Positions 33,153 through 43,041 of a DNA stretch of 57,996 nucleotides are shown piece by piece. The stretch is taken from assembly GCA_002792165.1 (NCBI GenBank), contig PFNV01000040.1, forward strand, positions 1 to 57,996, written 5' to 3'. The translations under genes were made by a program, and so were the position numbers. Within the stretch, counting starts at the first letter, position 1. Every line of letters starts with the position of its first letter. Source of the stretch: Candidatus Tagabacteria bacterium CG_4_10_14_0_2_um_filter_40_13 (GTDB lineage: Bacteria; Patescibacteriota; Minisyncoccia; GCA-002779875). Under the pieces are notes generated by a model that was not told where the DNA came from, did no database searches, and saw only the letters and a program-made list of their open reading frames with translations.

Positions 33153-34530
33153 TGAAATTTTGACTTGAGACAGAAACAAAAGTGACCTTTTTTTCATTGA
33201 AGTACAAGTCGATTTTTCCTATCGGGCCGTTTCTGTGTTTTGCGATATGAATTTCGGCGACATTTTTTCTGTCGGGGTTGGTGTTATCTTTATACTTGTC
33301 TTCTCTATGAATAAACATAACCACGTCGGCATCCTGTTCAATGGCGCCGCTTTCTCGCAAATCGGAAAGCCGGGGAATAGGAGGGTTGCGTTGTTCAACC
33401 GCGCGGCTTAATTGCGATAAAGCCAAGATCGGCACACCCAGCTCCCTGGCAAGAGATTTGAGAGAACGGGAAATTTCCGTCATTTGCTGGACCGGATTAT
33501 CTATCTCGCGGCGCGGAGTAATCAGCTGGATATAATCTATAATCAGAAGCCCTAAACCGCCTTTGTATTGGCGTTCGGCTTCTGTTTGGAGACGGCGCGC
33601 CATCGCGCGTATTTGCAAAACATTCAAAGAAGGCGCGTCTTCAATGAAAAGAGGGGCTTTGGAAAGTTTTCCGAGCGCTTTTTGAAGACGAGAAAAATCT
33701 TCTTTATTGGTTAATTTTCCGTTTCTAAGTTCCCAAGAATCCACTTCAGCTTCCGCCGCCAAGAGCCGATCAACTAATTGCTGCGACGACATTTCCAAAC
33801 TGAAAATTCCTACCGGAATATTGCAATTACAGGAAGCGTGACGGGCTATATCTAGAGCAAGACTGGTTTTTCCAAAAGAAGGTCTTCCCGCTAAAACTAT
33901 AAAATCCGATTTTTGCAATCCGGATAATAAACGGTCTATATCGGGGAATCCCGTCGGAACGCCGCGCAGAACGTCGCCGGATTTATGAACTTTTTCAAGA
34001 CGTTCCCATGCCTCGTCGAGCGCCACTTTAATATTGAGAAAATTTTGTCGCAGAGAGAGACGGGCTATTTTGAAAATACTTTGTTCGGCTTCGTCCAAAA
34101 GAAAATCCAAATCTTCTTCTTCCTTAAATCCTAATTGATTAATATGGTTCGCGGCTTCTATCAGATGCCTTAATATGCTTTTTTTCCGGACTATCTCCGC
34201 GTAATATTTCGCGTTAGACGCGCTGGGCACGCCATTGATAAGTTCAGCGAGATAAGTGTTGCCGCCCACTTGGTCAAGTTGCTGTTTTTCTTTTAATCGG
34301 CTCGCTACAGACAGCACATCAATGGGCGCGTGCTGATTGAATAAATCATACATGGCGCCGTATATCCAATTATGATTTTCGCGATAAAAATCGTTGGGAA
34401 TCAGAAGATCCGCAACCTGAAGCATGACGTTTCCGTCGAGCATAATTGCTCCCAAAGCCGACATTTCCGCTTCAAGGTCTTGAGGAGGCATGCGAAGAAA
34501 TGACGTTGTATTTATTTTTTTCCCCGGCAT
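33142..34530 (-). CDS. dnaB: replicative DNA helicase DnaB
   Basis: N-terminal PPQDLEAE block, Walker A GRPSFGKT, LIIDYIQL and SQLSR blocks. No intein. Confidence 0.9.
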   Translation of the reverse strand: MPGKKINTTSFLRMPPQDLEAEMSALGAIMLDGNVMLQVADLLIPNDFYRENHNWIYGAMYDLFNQHAPIDVLSVASRLKEKQQLDQVGGNTYLAELINGVPSASNAKYYAEIVRKKSILRHLIEAANHINQLGFKEEEDLDFLLDEAEQSIFKIARLSLRQNFLNIKVALDEAWERLEKVHKSGDVLRGVPTGFPDIDRLLSGLQKSDFIVLAGRPSFGKTSLALDIARHASCNCNIPVGIFSLEMSSQQLVDRLLAAEAEVDSWELRNGKLTNKEDFSRLQKALGKLSKAPLFIEDAPSLNVLQIRAMARRLQTEAERQYKGGLGLLIIDYIQLITPRREIDNPVQQMTEISRSLKSLARELGVPILALSQLSRAVEQRNPPIPRLSDLRESGAIEQDADVVMFIHREDKYKDNTNPDRKNVAEIHIAKHRNGPIGKIDLYFNEKKVTFVSVSSQNFNVF

Positions 34531-35934
34531 TTATGGATTATCCTGCTTTATTTTTGTAATTTCTGTTCCCGTATTGTTATCTTTAATCATCCAGCCGATT
34601 TTTTCAAGTTTTTGACGGATTTCATCGGCTTCCTGCCATTTTTTTTCTTTACGCAAAATTTTGCGTTGTTCTACTAAAGAAATTATTTCGGTTGGGACAG
34701 AAGATGCCTTGATTTCTTTCAACCCTAAACCGAAAATTTCGTCAAATTTCAATATTAATTCGCGTTTTTGGAAGTAAGGTAATTTTTTATGCCGGGCTAC
34801 TTCCCATAAAATTGCCAGCGCTTTTGGCATATTTAAATCGTCGTTTACGGCTTCTAAAAATTTTTCTTCCATTTGACGAGTCATCGCAGGATCAGCTCCG
34901 GTCTCATTATCGTTTTTCAACTCCAGAATAGTTTGTTTTAAATTTTCCAGGGCATTCTGCGCCGCTCCCAGATTTTCCAAAGAAAAATCCAAAGACGCGC
35001 GGTAATGCGCCGTGAGAGTAAAATATCTGAAAGCAAGAGGAGAAAATCCTTTTTCTTCAAGTTCCGCTATAGTATATAAACCTCCTTTCGATTTCGAAAT
35101 TTTTTTTCCCTTAAAAACAAGGAAGGCTCCGTGCATCCAAAAGTTCACGAATTTTTTTCCGGTTGCGGCTTCGCTTTGCGCGATTTCGTTTGTATGATGA
35201 ATCGGAATATGGTCAATCCCTCCGGTATGAATATCGAAACTATCTCCGAGATATTTCATCGACATTGCCGAACATTCAATGTGCCATCCAGGAAATCCCA
35301 ATCCCCATGGACTTTGCCATTCCTGCTGACGCTTTCCCGGTTTGTCGGAAAATTTCCATAAAGCGAAATCAGTTTTATTTTTTTTGTCCCGCATTTCCGT
35401 TCTCTTGCCGGCTTCAAGTCCTTCTATTTGCAGTTTCGCTAATTTGGCGTAATCTTTGAACTTGCCGGTATCAAAATAAATTCCGTCATCGGTCTTGTAT
35501 GTATATCCTTTTTCTTCAAGCTTTTTTATCAATTCGATTTGCTCTTTTATATGTTCAGTAGCTTTTGTCCAAATATCAGGCTCGATTATATTCAGTTTTT
35601 TAAAGTCATCGCGGAAAATTTGCCAATAATAATCTGCGATATCTTTAGCTTTTTTCCCTTCTTCTGCGGCCGCTTTTTCTATTTTATCTTCTCCTTCGTC
35701 CGCATTACTGGTCAATTGCCCAACATCAGTTATATTCATCACATGTTTAATTTTGAATCCATTAAGAGACAGAACTCTTTTTAAAATATCGGGGAAAATA
35801 TAACTTCTTAAATTTCCGATATGCTGGTACCAATAAACAGTCGGTCCGCAGGTATAAATTCCCACTTGCTTGTTTTTCAGCGGCCTGAAAATTTCTTTTT
35901 TACGGGTGAGGGTATTGTATAATCTAAGGTCCAT
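34531..35934 (-). CDS. cysS: cysteinyl-tRNA synthetase
   Basis: CGPTVY..HIGN (HIGH) and KISKSKG (KMSKS) motifs. ATG 35934 (MDLRLYNT..) preferred; the ORF is open to 35991. Confidence 0.9.
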   Translation of the reverse strand: MDLRLYNTLTRKKEIFRPLKNKQVGIYTCGPTVYWYQHIGNLRSYIFPDILKRVLSLNGFKIKHVMNITDVGQLTSNADEGEDKIEKAAAEEGKKAKDIADYYWQIFRDDFKKLNIIEPDIWTKATEHIKEQIELIKKLEEKGYTYKTDDGIYFDTGKFKDYAKLAKLQIEGLEAGKRTEMRDKKNKTDFALWKFSDKPGKRQQEWQSPWGLGFPGWHIECSAMSMKYLGDSFDIHTGGIDHIPIHHTNEIAQSEAATGKKFVNFWMHGAFLVFKGKKISKSKGGLYTIAELEEKGFSPLAFRYFTLTAHYRASLDFSLENLGAAQNALENLKQTILELKNDNETGADPAMTRQMEEKFLEAVNDDLNMPKALAILWEVARHKKLPYFQKRELILKFDEIFGLGLKEIKASSVPTEIISLVEQRKILRKEKKWQEADEIRQKLEKIGWMIKDNNTGTEITKIKQDNP

Positions 35935-36034
35935 ATACACAAAAAGTATATCATTATAAAAAACTTCATTCAAAGCGCCAAAAATGTTCATTAGTTGTTG
36001 ACGAATGGGTATTTTAAATTAAATAAAAATGGTG

Positions 36035-36063
36035 TTGACCTCTCGAATTGTTTTTGCGATAAT
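36035..36063 (+). promoter_or_regulatory. candidate promoter of the S41 peptidase gene
   Basis: TTGACC (36035..36040), 17 nt spacer, GATAAT (36058..36063). An in-frame ATG at 36071 lies 7 nt downstream. Confidence 0.45.
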
Positions 36064-36070
36064 GGAACAT

Positions 36071-37303
36071 ATGTTGCCCGGACCTGTTAAAAAAACAATA
36101 TTTTGGGGAATAATTACGGCGCTTCTTACGGCTATTTTTATAGCGGGCGTTTATTTGGGTTACGCCAACCGGCCGGCAATTCAGAAAGTGACGGCATTGT
36201 TTAATAAAGAATCTGCGATACAATCCGCGCAGCAAATTGATTTTGCGCCATTTTGGGCCGCGTGGAACGCTATTGAAACAAAATATGTGGGCCGCGGAGA
36301 TTTGGATCGCCAAAAAATGATTTGGGGTACGATTGAAGGCCTGGCGAAGTCCTTAGATGATCCCTATAGCGTCTTTTTTCCGCCTGAAGAAGCCGAGCTT
36401 TTTACAACCAGCGTGAAAGGAGAATTCTCGGGTGTTGGCATGGAAATAGGAATGCGAGATAAAACCCTGACCATTATTACGCCGCTGAAAGACACGCCGG
36501 CTTATCGCGCCGGACTGAAAACGGGCGACAAAATTTTGAAAATTAACGGCACGTCAACGGCCGATATGACCGTTGACGAAGCAGTTTTTCTCATAAGAGG
36601 GGAGAGGGGAACGCCTGTTACCATCAATATTTTCCGTGAAGGAGAAAAACAATCGCGCGATATCAAACTTATCCGCGATGTAATAAATATTCCCGTTGTA
36701 GATACGGAAAAAAGGGAAGACGGAATTTTTATAATAAGATTGTATAATTTTTCGGAAAATTCCCCCGGTTATTTCAGAAACGCGCTGAGAAAAATGATAG
36801 AGTCGGGAAGCAATAAATTGATTCTTGATTTGCGCGGAAACGCCGGAGGATATTTGGAAGCAAGCGTTGATATTGCCAGTTGGTTTTTGCCGGCCGGAAA
36901 AATAATCGCGATTGAAGACTTCGGAAATAATAAGCGAGAAGATTACAGGAGCAGGGGTTACGATATTTTTAAAAATCTTCCCTTTGTGATTTTAGTCGAC
37001 CAAGGAAGCGCGTCAGCCGCGGAAATTCTTGCCGGAGCGCTGCAGGATCATAAAGTCGCCACATTGATAGGGCAAAAAACTTTCGGCAAAGGATCGGTTC
37101 AGGAATTAGTTCCCATTACCGACAAAACTTCTTTCAAAATAACCGTTGCCCGCTGGCTTACTCCCAGCGGCAGGTCAATTTCCGAAAAAGGTTTGAATCC
37201 CGACATATCGGTTGAAGTAGCCGAAAAAGATCTCGAAGCAGGGTATGATCCTCAAATGCAAAAAGCTCTGGAAGTATTAAAAACATTAGCGCTCAAACCG
37301 TAA
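36071..37303 (+). CDS. S41-family carboxyl-terminal processing peptidase
   Basis: PDZ block plus VDQGSASAAEILAGAL (Ser nucleophile) and TFGKGSVQ (Lys) blocks. N-terminal signal anchor. The start depends on the promoter call; the ORF is open from 36029. Confidence 0.85.
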   Translation: MLPGPVKKTIFWGIITALLTAIFIAGVYLGYANRPAIQKVTALFNKESAIQSAQQIDFAPFWAAWNAIETKYVGRGDLDRQKMIWGTIEGLAKSLDDPYSVFFPPEEAELFTTSVKGEFSGVGMEIGMRDKTLTIITPLKDTPAYRAGLKTGDKILKINGTSTADMTVDEAVFLIRGERGTPVTINIFREGEKQSRDIKLIRDVINIPVVDTEKREDGIFIIRLYNFSENSPGYFRNALRKMIESGSNKLILDLRGNAGGYLEASVDIASWFLPAGKIIAIEDFGNNKREDYRSRGYDIFKNLPFVILVDQGSASAAEILAGALQDHKVATLIGQKTFGKGSVQELVPITDKTSFKITVARWLTPSGRSISEKGLNPDISVEVAEKDLEAGYDPQMQKALEVLKTLALKP

Positions 37304-37307
37304 AATT

Positions 37308-37757
37308 ATGAAAATCATTTTATTACAGGATGTTCCCGGCGTCGGGAAAAAATGGGAAGTAAAACAAGAAAAGGGCGGTTATGGCCGCAACTATCTTTTA
37401 GCGCGCAATTTAGCCATTCTGGCAACGCCAAATGCATTAAAAGACGCCGAGCTAAAACAGAAGCAGGAAATTCAGAAAAGAGCCCTTCATGAAGATTTAT
37501 TCGGCAAATCGCTTGAAAGTTTGAAAGATTCCGTTATTGTGATTGAAAGAAAGGCGAATGAAAAAGGGCATCTATTTGACGGTGTCGATGTGAAAGAAAT
37601 CGCCGGACTTCTTGAAGAAAAATTAAAAGGAGAAATTTCCCCCGACTATATTCAGCTCGAAAAGCCGATTAAAGAAATAGGACGACACGAAATTACAATT
37701 CAAAAAGGGGACAGTAAAGCGTCTTTTATGATAGAGATTAAAGTAAAAGAAAATTAA
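37308..37757 (+). CDS. rplI: 50S ribosomal protein L9
   Basis: [14 protein letters not shown]...V..GY.RNYL block. Confidence 0.85.
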   Translation: MKIILLQDVPGVGKKWEVKQEKGGYGRNYLLARNLAILATPNALKDAELKQKQEIQKRALHEDLFGKSLESLKDSVIVIERKANEKGHLFDGVDVKEIAGLLEEKLKGEISPDYIQLEKPIKEIGRHEITIQKGDSKASFMIEIKVKEN

Positions 37758-38032
37758 ATTTGCCGCACGCTGATTAAAGGCAAAGTTTTATTTTTACCGT
37801 CGAAATTTGTTTTGCGTTTTGTGGAAAATTTTACTATACCGTGGATGGCGGAATAAAGCGTATCGTCTCTGCCGCGACGGACATTTTTACCGGGAAGTAT
37901 CCTGTTTCCCCGCTGGCGCACTAAAATAGAGCCGGGTTGCGCAATTTGGCCGGCAAAAAGTTTCACTCCTAAAAATTTAGGTTGGGAGTCGCGGACATTT
38001 TTAGTTGTACCTCCGGATTTAGTATGTGCCAT
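37754..38032 (-). CDS. rpmA: 50S ribosomal protein L27
   Basis: [21 protein letters not shown] block. Confidence 0.9.
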   Translation of the reverse strand: MAHTKSGGTTKNVRDSQPKFLGVKLFAGQIAQPGSILVRQRGNRILPGKNVRRGRDDTLYSAIHGIVKFSTKRKTNFDGKNKTLPLISVRQI

Positions 38033-38076
38033 TTTTGTTTACGGGCGTTGGCAGGGTAGCCATAATTAACAATAAT

Positions 38077-38436
38077 ATGTTTAATCTATCAAGCGAGGTT
38101 AAAAAAGTCAAGACTCGGATAAAGCCGTTTGAAAACGACCTGATTATTGTCGTGATTATTATTTTGGTTACGCTTACATCTTTTGGTTTGTATAAATTGG
38201 CGGAACTAAGAGAAAATAAAACGCCTATTACAATAGAAAGGAAAACCGCAATAGGAGAGAATGGTATTTTAAATACGGAAAAACTTTTCGTGGCCAGTAA
38301 AAATGGCGCAAAATATTATTATCCCTGGTGTTCAGGGGTTTCCAGAATCAAAGAAGAAAATAAGGTTTGGTTTTCTACCAAAGAAGAAGCCGAAACTGCC
38401 GGCTACGCCCCGGCCGCCAACTGCAAAGGGCTGTAG
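38077..38436 (+). CDS. membrane-anchored protein with Ada-N-like / sunset-type Cys motif
   Basis: TM segment LIIVVIIILVTLTSFGLY. C-terminal YYYPWCSG..I...N..WF.T.EEA..AGY.PA.NCKG pattern. Confidence 0.5.
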   Translation: MFNLSSEVKKVKTRIKPFENDLIIVVIIILVTLTSFGLYKLAELRENKTPITIERKTAIGENGILNTEKLFVASKNGAKYYYPWCSGVSRIKEENKVWFSTKEEAETAGYAPAANCKGL

Positions 38437-38439
38437 GTT

Positions 38440-39528
38440 TTACGCTCCGGGTTTTTTCTTTGTAGCCTTGAGAATGGAGAACTGCTTTTTTTTGGCGACC
38501 TCGTCCCATTTGCCAATTTCCTCCAAAATCTCTTTTATTTTTTTCATATCATAAATAAAACGTTCCTGTAATGTTTTAGTCAGATAACAATTTTCGCCAA
38601 AAACTCTTTCCACATTCTCGTGAGCCATAAATTCATAAATGGATGACTGCAGTTCAGTTAGGCGCTTGCTATTTTTTTGATTTTGGCTTTTCAAATCGAA
38701 ATATTCTTTTATGATCTTTTCTATTTCTTTTTGACCCGGAATTTCTTTTGCCTTACTTTGATACAAATGTTTCCACATCGGGCATCTTGGCCGATAGCCG
38801 CACCAATCGCAAAGAGGGGAGGGATGTGGCGGAAAATCATAATTATTCTCAATGCGTTTTTTAATTTCATTAATAAGTTCAATGACAAAATCTTTCGTTT
38901 TTTCCAAGTCTTCTTTAGAACGGCTGGTGGTTATTTTTTCTCCGTGTTTTAAAAAATATAAACTTAATTTTATATTTTCCGGCTTGATATGCGGCCATCT
39001 GCGGGAAATACCCAAGTGGTAAATTGACATCTGAAGGTCTTTGTCGAGATTTTCCTGCGAGGGCATTCTGCGCGATGTTTTATAGTCGATAATCTCAAAA
39101 ATATCGGTATTTGATATTTTATCAATCCGGTCGATAATGCCGGTTAAAACGTGCTTTTCTTCGTTTTCTTGTTCGGATACTAAAACTTCGAATCTGGATT
39201 CCAATTCGAGTGCGTTGAAATTCCAAGGCTGGTTCAGCCGGTAAAAATTTTTCAGAAGGGAAATACCGTCCTCGCAATAAGCTTTGTCTTCTTCGAAATT
39301 AAGATTAGTGATTTCTTTATTCTGCCAAATCGTTCTAAAGCGATCTATGACCTCGTCTAAAGTAGGGTATAGGGGCGTGCGCTCAAACATAAATTTGAGA
39401 CAATTATGTATCATTGCGCCGAAAACAGCTTCCAAACCTTTTGGAACTCTGATTCTGTCGATTTCCTGAAATTTAAATCTTAGCGGACATTGCTGATAAG
39501 TTGTTAGGGCAGAATAAGAAGTGCGCAT
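38440..39528 (-). CDS. PD-(D/E)XK nuclease (Cas4/AddB-like, with predicted 4-Cys cluster)
   Basis: N-terminal YQQCPLRFKF. IIDRID...EIIDYKT (D...ExK-type) core. C-terminal CDWCGYRPRC. Confidence 0.7.
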   Translation of the reverse strand: MRTSYSALTTYQQCPLRFKFQEIDRIRVPKGLEAVFGAMIHNCLKFMFERTPLYPTLDEVIDRFRTIWQNKEITNLNFEEDKAYCEDGISLLKNFYRLNQPWNFNALELESRFEVLVSEQENEEKHVLTGIIDRIDKISNTDIFEIIDYKTSRRMPSQENLDKDLQMSIYHLGISRRWPHIKPENIKLSLYFLKHGEKITTSRSKEDLEKTKDFVIELINEIKKRIENNYDFPPHPSPLCDWCGYRPRCPMWKHLYQSKAKEIPGQKEIEKIIKEYFDLKSQNQKNSKRLTELQSSIYEFMAHENVERVFGENCYLTKTLQERFIYDMKKIKEILEEIGKWDEVAKKKQFSILKATKKKPGA

Positions 39529-39939
39529 TTATTAAATTTATCATTATTGACGAGTTTTGTAAAAAATATGATAGTCTTTATATCTTGTGCGACATTTGGT
39601 ATTATTAAAAATATGACAACAAATAAAACGGTAAGAAAAAACACGATTTCAATTTATGGATCGAAGCGATAGACATTCTCGGAAAATACAAATCAAAAAG
39701 AGGAAAAGTGAATATAATAAAAGGCAAACGAGGATTTACAAAGGTTGAATGGGAAAAAAAGGATTTGCAAAATCTTTCAGAAATTAAAAATAAAATGTCC
39801 ACCTATAAAAGTAAAGCGCCCGTCCCTAAATGGTTTAATGAAGTATCTAAAGTTGGCAGGGAACTATAAATTCAACAAGATCGCCTAAAATATAGAGGTT
39901 CGCACAATAATGCTTTTGCGACATTCTAACGTTTTGTTT

Positions 39940-40236
39940 TTATTGTGGAAGTTTAGGTTGGCCCTCTATGAAATTTGGCAATTCTCCCCGCTTTAATCTT
40001 TCGGCATTTTCGACAAACGAACGCCACAGAAGATTATAAAAAATATTCCAAACGTATTGCGCGGGAACCGCTAAGTATCTGTTCCAGGTATATTGCGTTG
40101 TTTGCCAAACGAACGAGAGATTCTCCTGGACGGCCTGTTTTTGAAAAACTGCTTTAAGGCTTATGCCAAAAAAGCCCAATACGACGATTGCTATAAACAG
40201 AAGCACAACGAACTTGATAAGACCTTCATTCACCAT
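39940..40236 (-). CDS. hypothetical membrane protein (98 aa)
   Basis: ORF with one N-terminal TM segment. No motif recognised. Confidence 0.4.
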   Translation of the reverse strand: MVNEGLIKFVVLLFIAIVVLGFFGISLKAVFQKQAVQENLSFVWQTTQYTWNRYLAVPAQYVWNIFYNLLWRSFVENAERLKRGELPNFIEGQPKLPQ

Positions 40237-40270
40237 ACATTTATTATATCAAATTGAACAGATTAAAGCA

Positions 40271-41560
40271 CTAGAGATAAGAAAGCGGGTTTAGATAGCC
40301 GTTATAAGGAGAAATCGGCAATTTCATCGTTGTGCCGCAAATCTTGCTCTTTAAGGCGCCTATACTTACTGCCGGCGTGGCAAAGACGGTAAAATGTAGA
40401 TGCGGGCCCGTAGTATAGCCTGTATCGCCGCTATAACCGATAATCTGGCCTATTTGCACGGTTTCGCCCGGAGAAACTTTAATTAAAGATAAATGGGCAT
40501 ATAAAGTGCTTAGGTTATTATCATGTTTAATAAGGACCCATTTTCCGTAGGAAACGCCATTGCAATAGGCATCTGTATTGCCTGTATCGGTCACAACGCC
40601 TGTTTGAGCGCTTTTGATGGGCGTGCCTACGCTTGCCCTTAAATCTATGCCATTGTGCCCTTTTCCGCCGTAAATTTGAGGGTTTTGGGTGGCAAAAGGC
40701 GTATTGCCGAAATATTGGGTTATTATGGGGATATCAACGGGCCAAAGCAGGACGCCAGAACCGGGTTGAGGCAAAGAATTAGGGTCGATTTCAACACGAA
40801 TTTGCTGTTCAATAACGCTGATTTCGTTTTCCAAAGCCTGCTGTTTTGCCATCCTGTCGGCTAGAAGTTTTTTGTATGTCGACTCCTTGCTTTTAGTTTC
40901 TCTTAAAAGAGTATTTTTTGCGCCTTTCTGCGTTTCAACCAGCGATTTTTGATCACCTAAGCTGGAATGCAGATTTTGCAGTTTCTTTTTTTCGGCCTCT
41001 TTTTTCGCTTCTTGAGTCTGAAGATCATCTTTCAATTCTTTTAATTGTCCGAGGTTAACATTGATGCTGTTTTGAAGATTTTTCGTCCTCTCTATATCGC
41101 CGAAAAAATCGGAAAGACTGTTATTAGCCAGAAGAACTTCAACCAACGACTGCGATTCCGCTTCATTCATGCTCCGAAAAAGTTCGGCCAGTACCCTCTT
41201 GCTGTCCGCGATTTTTTCCTCTTTTGATTTTATTTCCAGATTAAACTCTTCAATCACCAAATTTGCCTGGGAAATTTTCTTTTCGGTTAATTTAATATCC
41301 GCCCGTAGCTTTTTAACGGTTGCGCTTAACTGCGCTATCTGATTATTTAAACTTTTTTTATCCTGCCCGGTTTTATCGAGTTGTTTTTGCAATTCTTCTA
41401 TTTCTTTTTGAATTGCGGCGATCTGATTATTATTATCATTAATTTTTGCCCGCAACTCATCTATACCCGCGGCAAAAACGCAAACGGGCCGAGCCGTTAA
41501 AGCGGATATAATTATCAGCGCGACCAAAAACCCTAAAATTTTTAAATTGACACCTCTCAT
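40271..41560 (-). CDS. M23-family peptidoglycan endopeptidase with long N-terminal coiled-coil (EnvC-like architecture)
   Basis: Signal anchor and about 230 aa of coiled-coil. Then HNGIDL, YAHLS and GPHLHF M23 motifs. Confidence 0.85.
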   Translation of the reverse strand: MRGVNLKILGFLVALIIISALTARPVCVFAAGIDELRAKINDNNNQIAAIQKEIEELQKQLDKTGQDKKSLNNQIAQLSATVKKLRADIKLTEKKISQANLVIEEFNLEIKSKEEKIADSKRVLAELFRSMNEAESQSLVEVLLANNSLSDFFGDIERTKNLQNSINVNLGQLKELKDDLQTQEAKKEAEKKKLQNLHSSLGDQKSLVETQKGAKNTLLRETKSKESTYKKLLADRMAKQQALENEISVIEQQIRVEIDPNSLPQPGSGVLLWPVDIPIITQYFGNTPFATQNPQIYGGKGHNGIDLRASVGTPIKSAQTGVVTDTGNTDAYCNGVSYGKWVLIKHDNNLSTLYAHLSLIKVSPGETVQIGQIIGYSGDTGYTTGPHLHFTVFATPAVSIGALKSKICGTTMKLPISPYNGYLNPLSYL

Positions 41561-41576
41561 ATCAGCTTTATTTTAT

Positions 41577-43040
41577 TTATTTGAGCAGTTCTATCGCGTC
41601 CGCTAATCGTTTCAATGTTGTTTCTTTTCCCAGAATTTCCGCTATTTCAAACGGATCCGGAGATTTGCATTGGCCGGTTAAAGCAACCCTGAAAGGCCAC
41701 AAGACATTCCCCCGCCCCATTTTTTCGGCATAAGGCCAAATAATGTCCTTTATTTTTTCTTTTACAAAATCCTTTGGTTTTATATTCTGTACTAAACTAT
41801 TTATCTTGTCAAGATATGTTTTGGTATCAGGAGATTCTTTTTCTTCCCAAAAAAGCATTGATTTCGGAAATTTCGGTTCCGAGAAAAAATAATGCGTCCT
41901 CTCCCCTATTTCGGAGAGCTTTTTCATCCTAGTTTGTTCCAAGGCCACAACTTTTTCTATATAATCATTTTTAAATTTATTTTCGGAAATATCCAAAAAT
42001 CCTTCACGCAAAATAATTTCCATGATTTCCTTTGCTGATTTCCTGCGGATATATATACCGTTTAGCCAATTCAAACGCTCGATATTAAAAATAGCGCCTC
42101 CTTTTTGTACGCGTTTCAGATCGAATTTTTTGACAAGTTCGTCCAGTGAAAAAATTTCCTGTTCCGTACCGGGATTCCAGCCGAGCAAAGCTATAAAATT
42201 GATTATCGCTTCCGGCAAATAACCTGCTTTGCGATATTCATCCACTGAAACAACATTATGCCTTTTTGAAAGTTTCGAACGATCCGGACCGAGAACAAGG
42301 GGAAGGTGCGCGTATTGGGGCTGGGAGAACCCGAAAATTTCCTGAAGCAATATTTGTTTCGGCGTATTCGAAATATGGTCTTCGCCTCTGATGACGTGGG
42401 ATATTTGCATTAAATAATCGTCAATAACAACCGCAAGATTATAAAGCGGCGTTTCTTCGTCTTTCGCAATCGCGATATCTCCCAGAAGAAAAGTATCAAA
42501 TTTTATTTTTCCGCGGATCAAATCTTCAAATTCGACTATTTTTTGAGGCGTATCCAGCCTGATTATCCCCTGCCTACCGGCAGGCAGGCCTGCTTTGCTG
42601 GCAGTACTCTTTAATTTTTTTGTTTTATATTCGCAAACATGCCTTGGAGCCTCTTTATTCGCCATTTGCCTTTGTTTTTCTTCGGTTAATTCTTCTTTTG
42701 TATGAGGACACCAAAATGCCTTTCCTTCTTCTAAAAGCTTTTGTATGTATTTTTTGTAAATTTCCAACCTTTCAGATTGCCTGTAAGGCCCTTCTGTCCA
42801 TTTAATTCCCAGCCATTCCAAACCATCTGTTATGTTTTTTTCGAATCTCTTATCCGAACGTTCTATGTCGGTGTCCTCGATGCGCAAAACAAAATCTCCC
42901 TTATTGTGCTTGGCGAAAAGATAATTAAAAAGAGCGGCGCGAGCCGTGCCAATATGCAAAGGGCCAGTCGGACTTGGCGCAATGCGAGTCCTGATACAAA
43001 TATTTTCTTTTTTTGATTGTTTTTTGGCGGATGTTTTCAT
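41577..43040 (-). CDS. gltX: glutamyl-tRNA synthetase
   Basis: APSPTGPLHIGTAR (HIGH) and KLSKR (KMSKS) motifs. Confidence 0.9.
   Translation of the reverse strand: MKTSAKKQSKKENICIRTRIAPSPTGPLHIGTARAALFNYLFAKHNKGDFVLRIEDTDIERSDKRFEKNITDGLEWLGIKWTEGPYRQSERLEIYKKYIQKLLEEGKAFWCPHTKEELTEEKQRQMANKEAPRHVCEYKTKKLKSTASKAGLPAGRQGIIRLDTPQKIVEFEDLIRGKIKFDTFLLGDIAIAKDEETPLYNLAVVIDDYLMQISHVIRGEDHISNTPKQILLQEIFGFSQPQYAHLPLVLGPDRSKLSKRHNVVSVDEYRKAGYLPEAIINFIALLGWNPGTEQEIFSLDELVKKFDLKRVQKGGAIFNIERLNWLNGIYIRRKSAKEIMEIILREGFLDISENKFKNDYIEKVVALEQTRMKKLSEIGERTHYFFSEPKFPKSMLFWEEKESPDTKTYLDKINSLVQNIKPKDFVKEKIKDIIWPYAEKMGRGNVLWPFRVALTGQCKSPDPFEIAEILGKETTLKRLADAIELLK
42567..42605. repeat. GC-rich hairpin segment in frame inside gltX
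   Basis: CCTGCCT-accggc-AGGCAGG 7-bp stem (42569..42588) inside a ~39-nt GC-rich patch. Encodes ..STASKAGLPAGRQG.. Confidence 0.75.
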
Positions 43041-43041
43041 T

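Noticed and set aside
39529-39939. The 410-bp spacer contains three short out-of-phase + strand ORFs: MTTNKTVRKNTISIYGSKR, MDRSDRHSRKIQIKKRKSEYNKRQTRIYKG, and a 53-codon GTG ORF at 39708..39869. The track also lists a 65-aa minus ORF at 39605..39802.
   Set aside because: No motif, no convincing SD, low-complexity Lys/Arg-rich composition typical of AT-rich non-coding sequence, and the frames conflict. It could be a decayed gene, but I cannot support any call.
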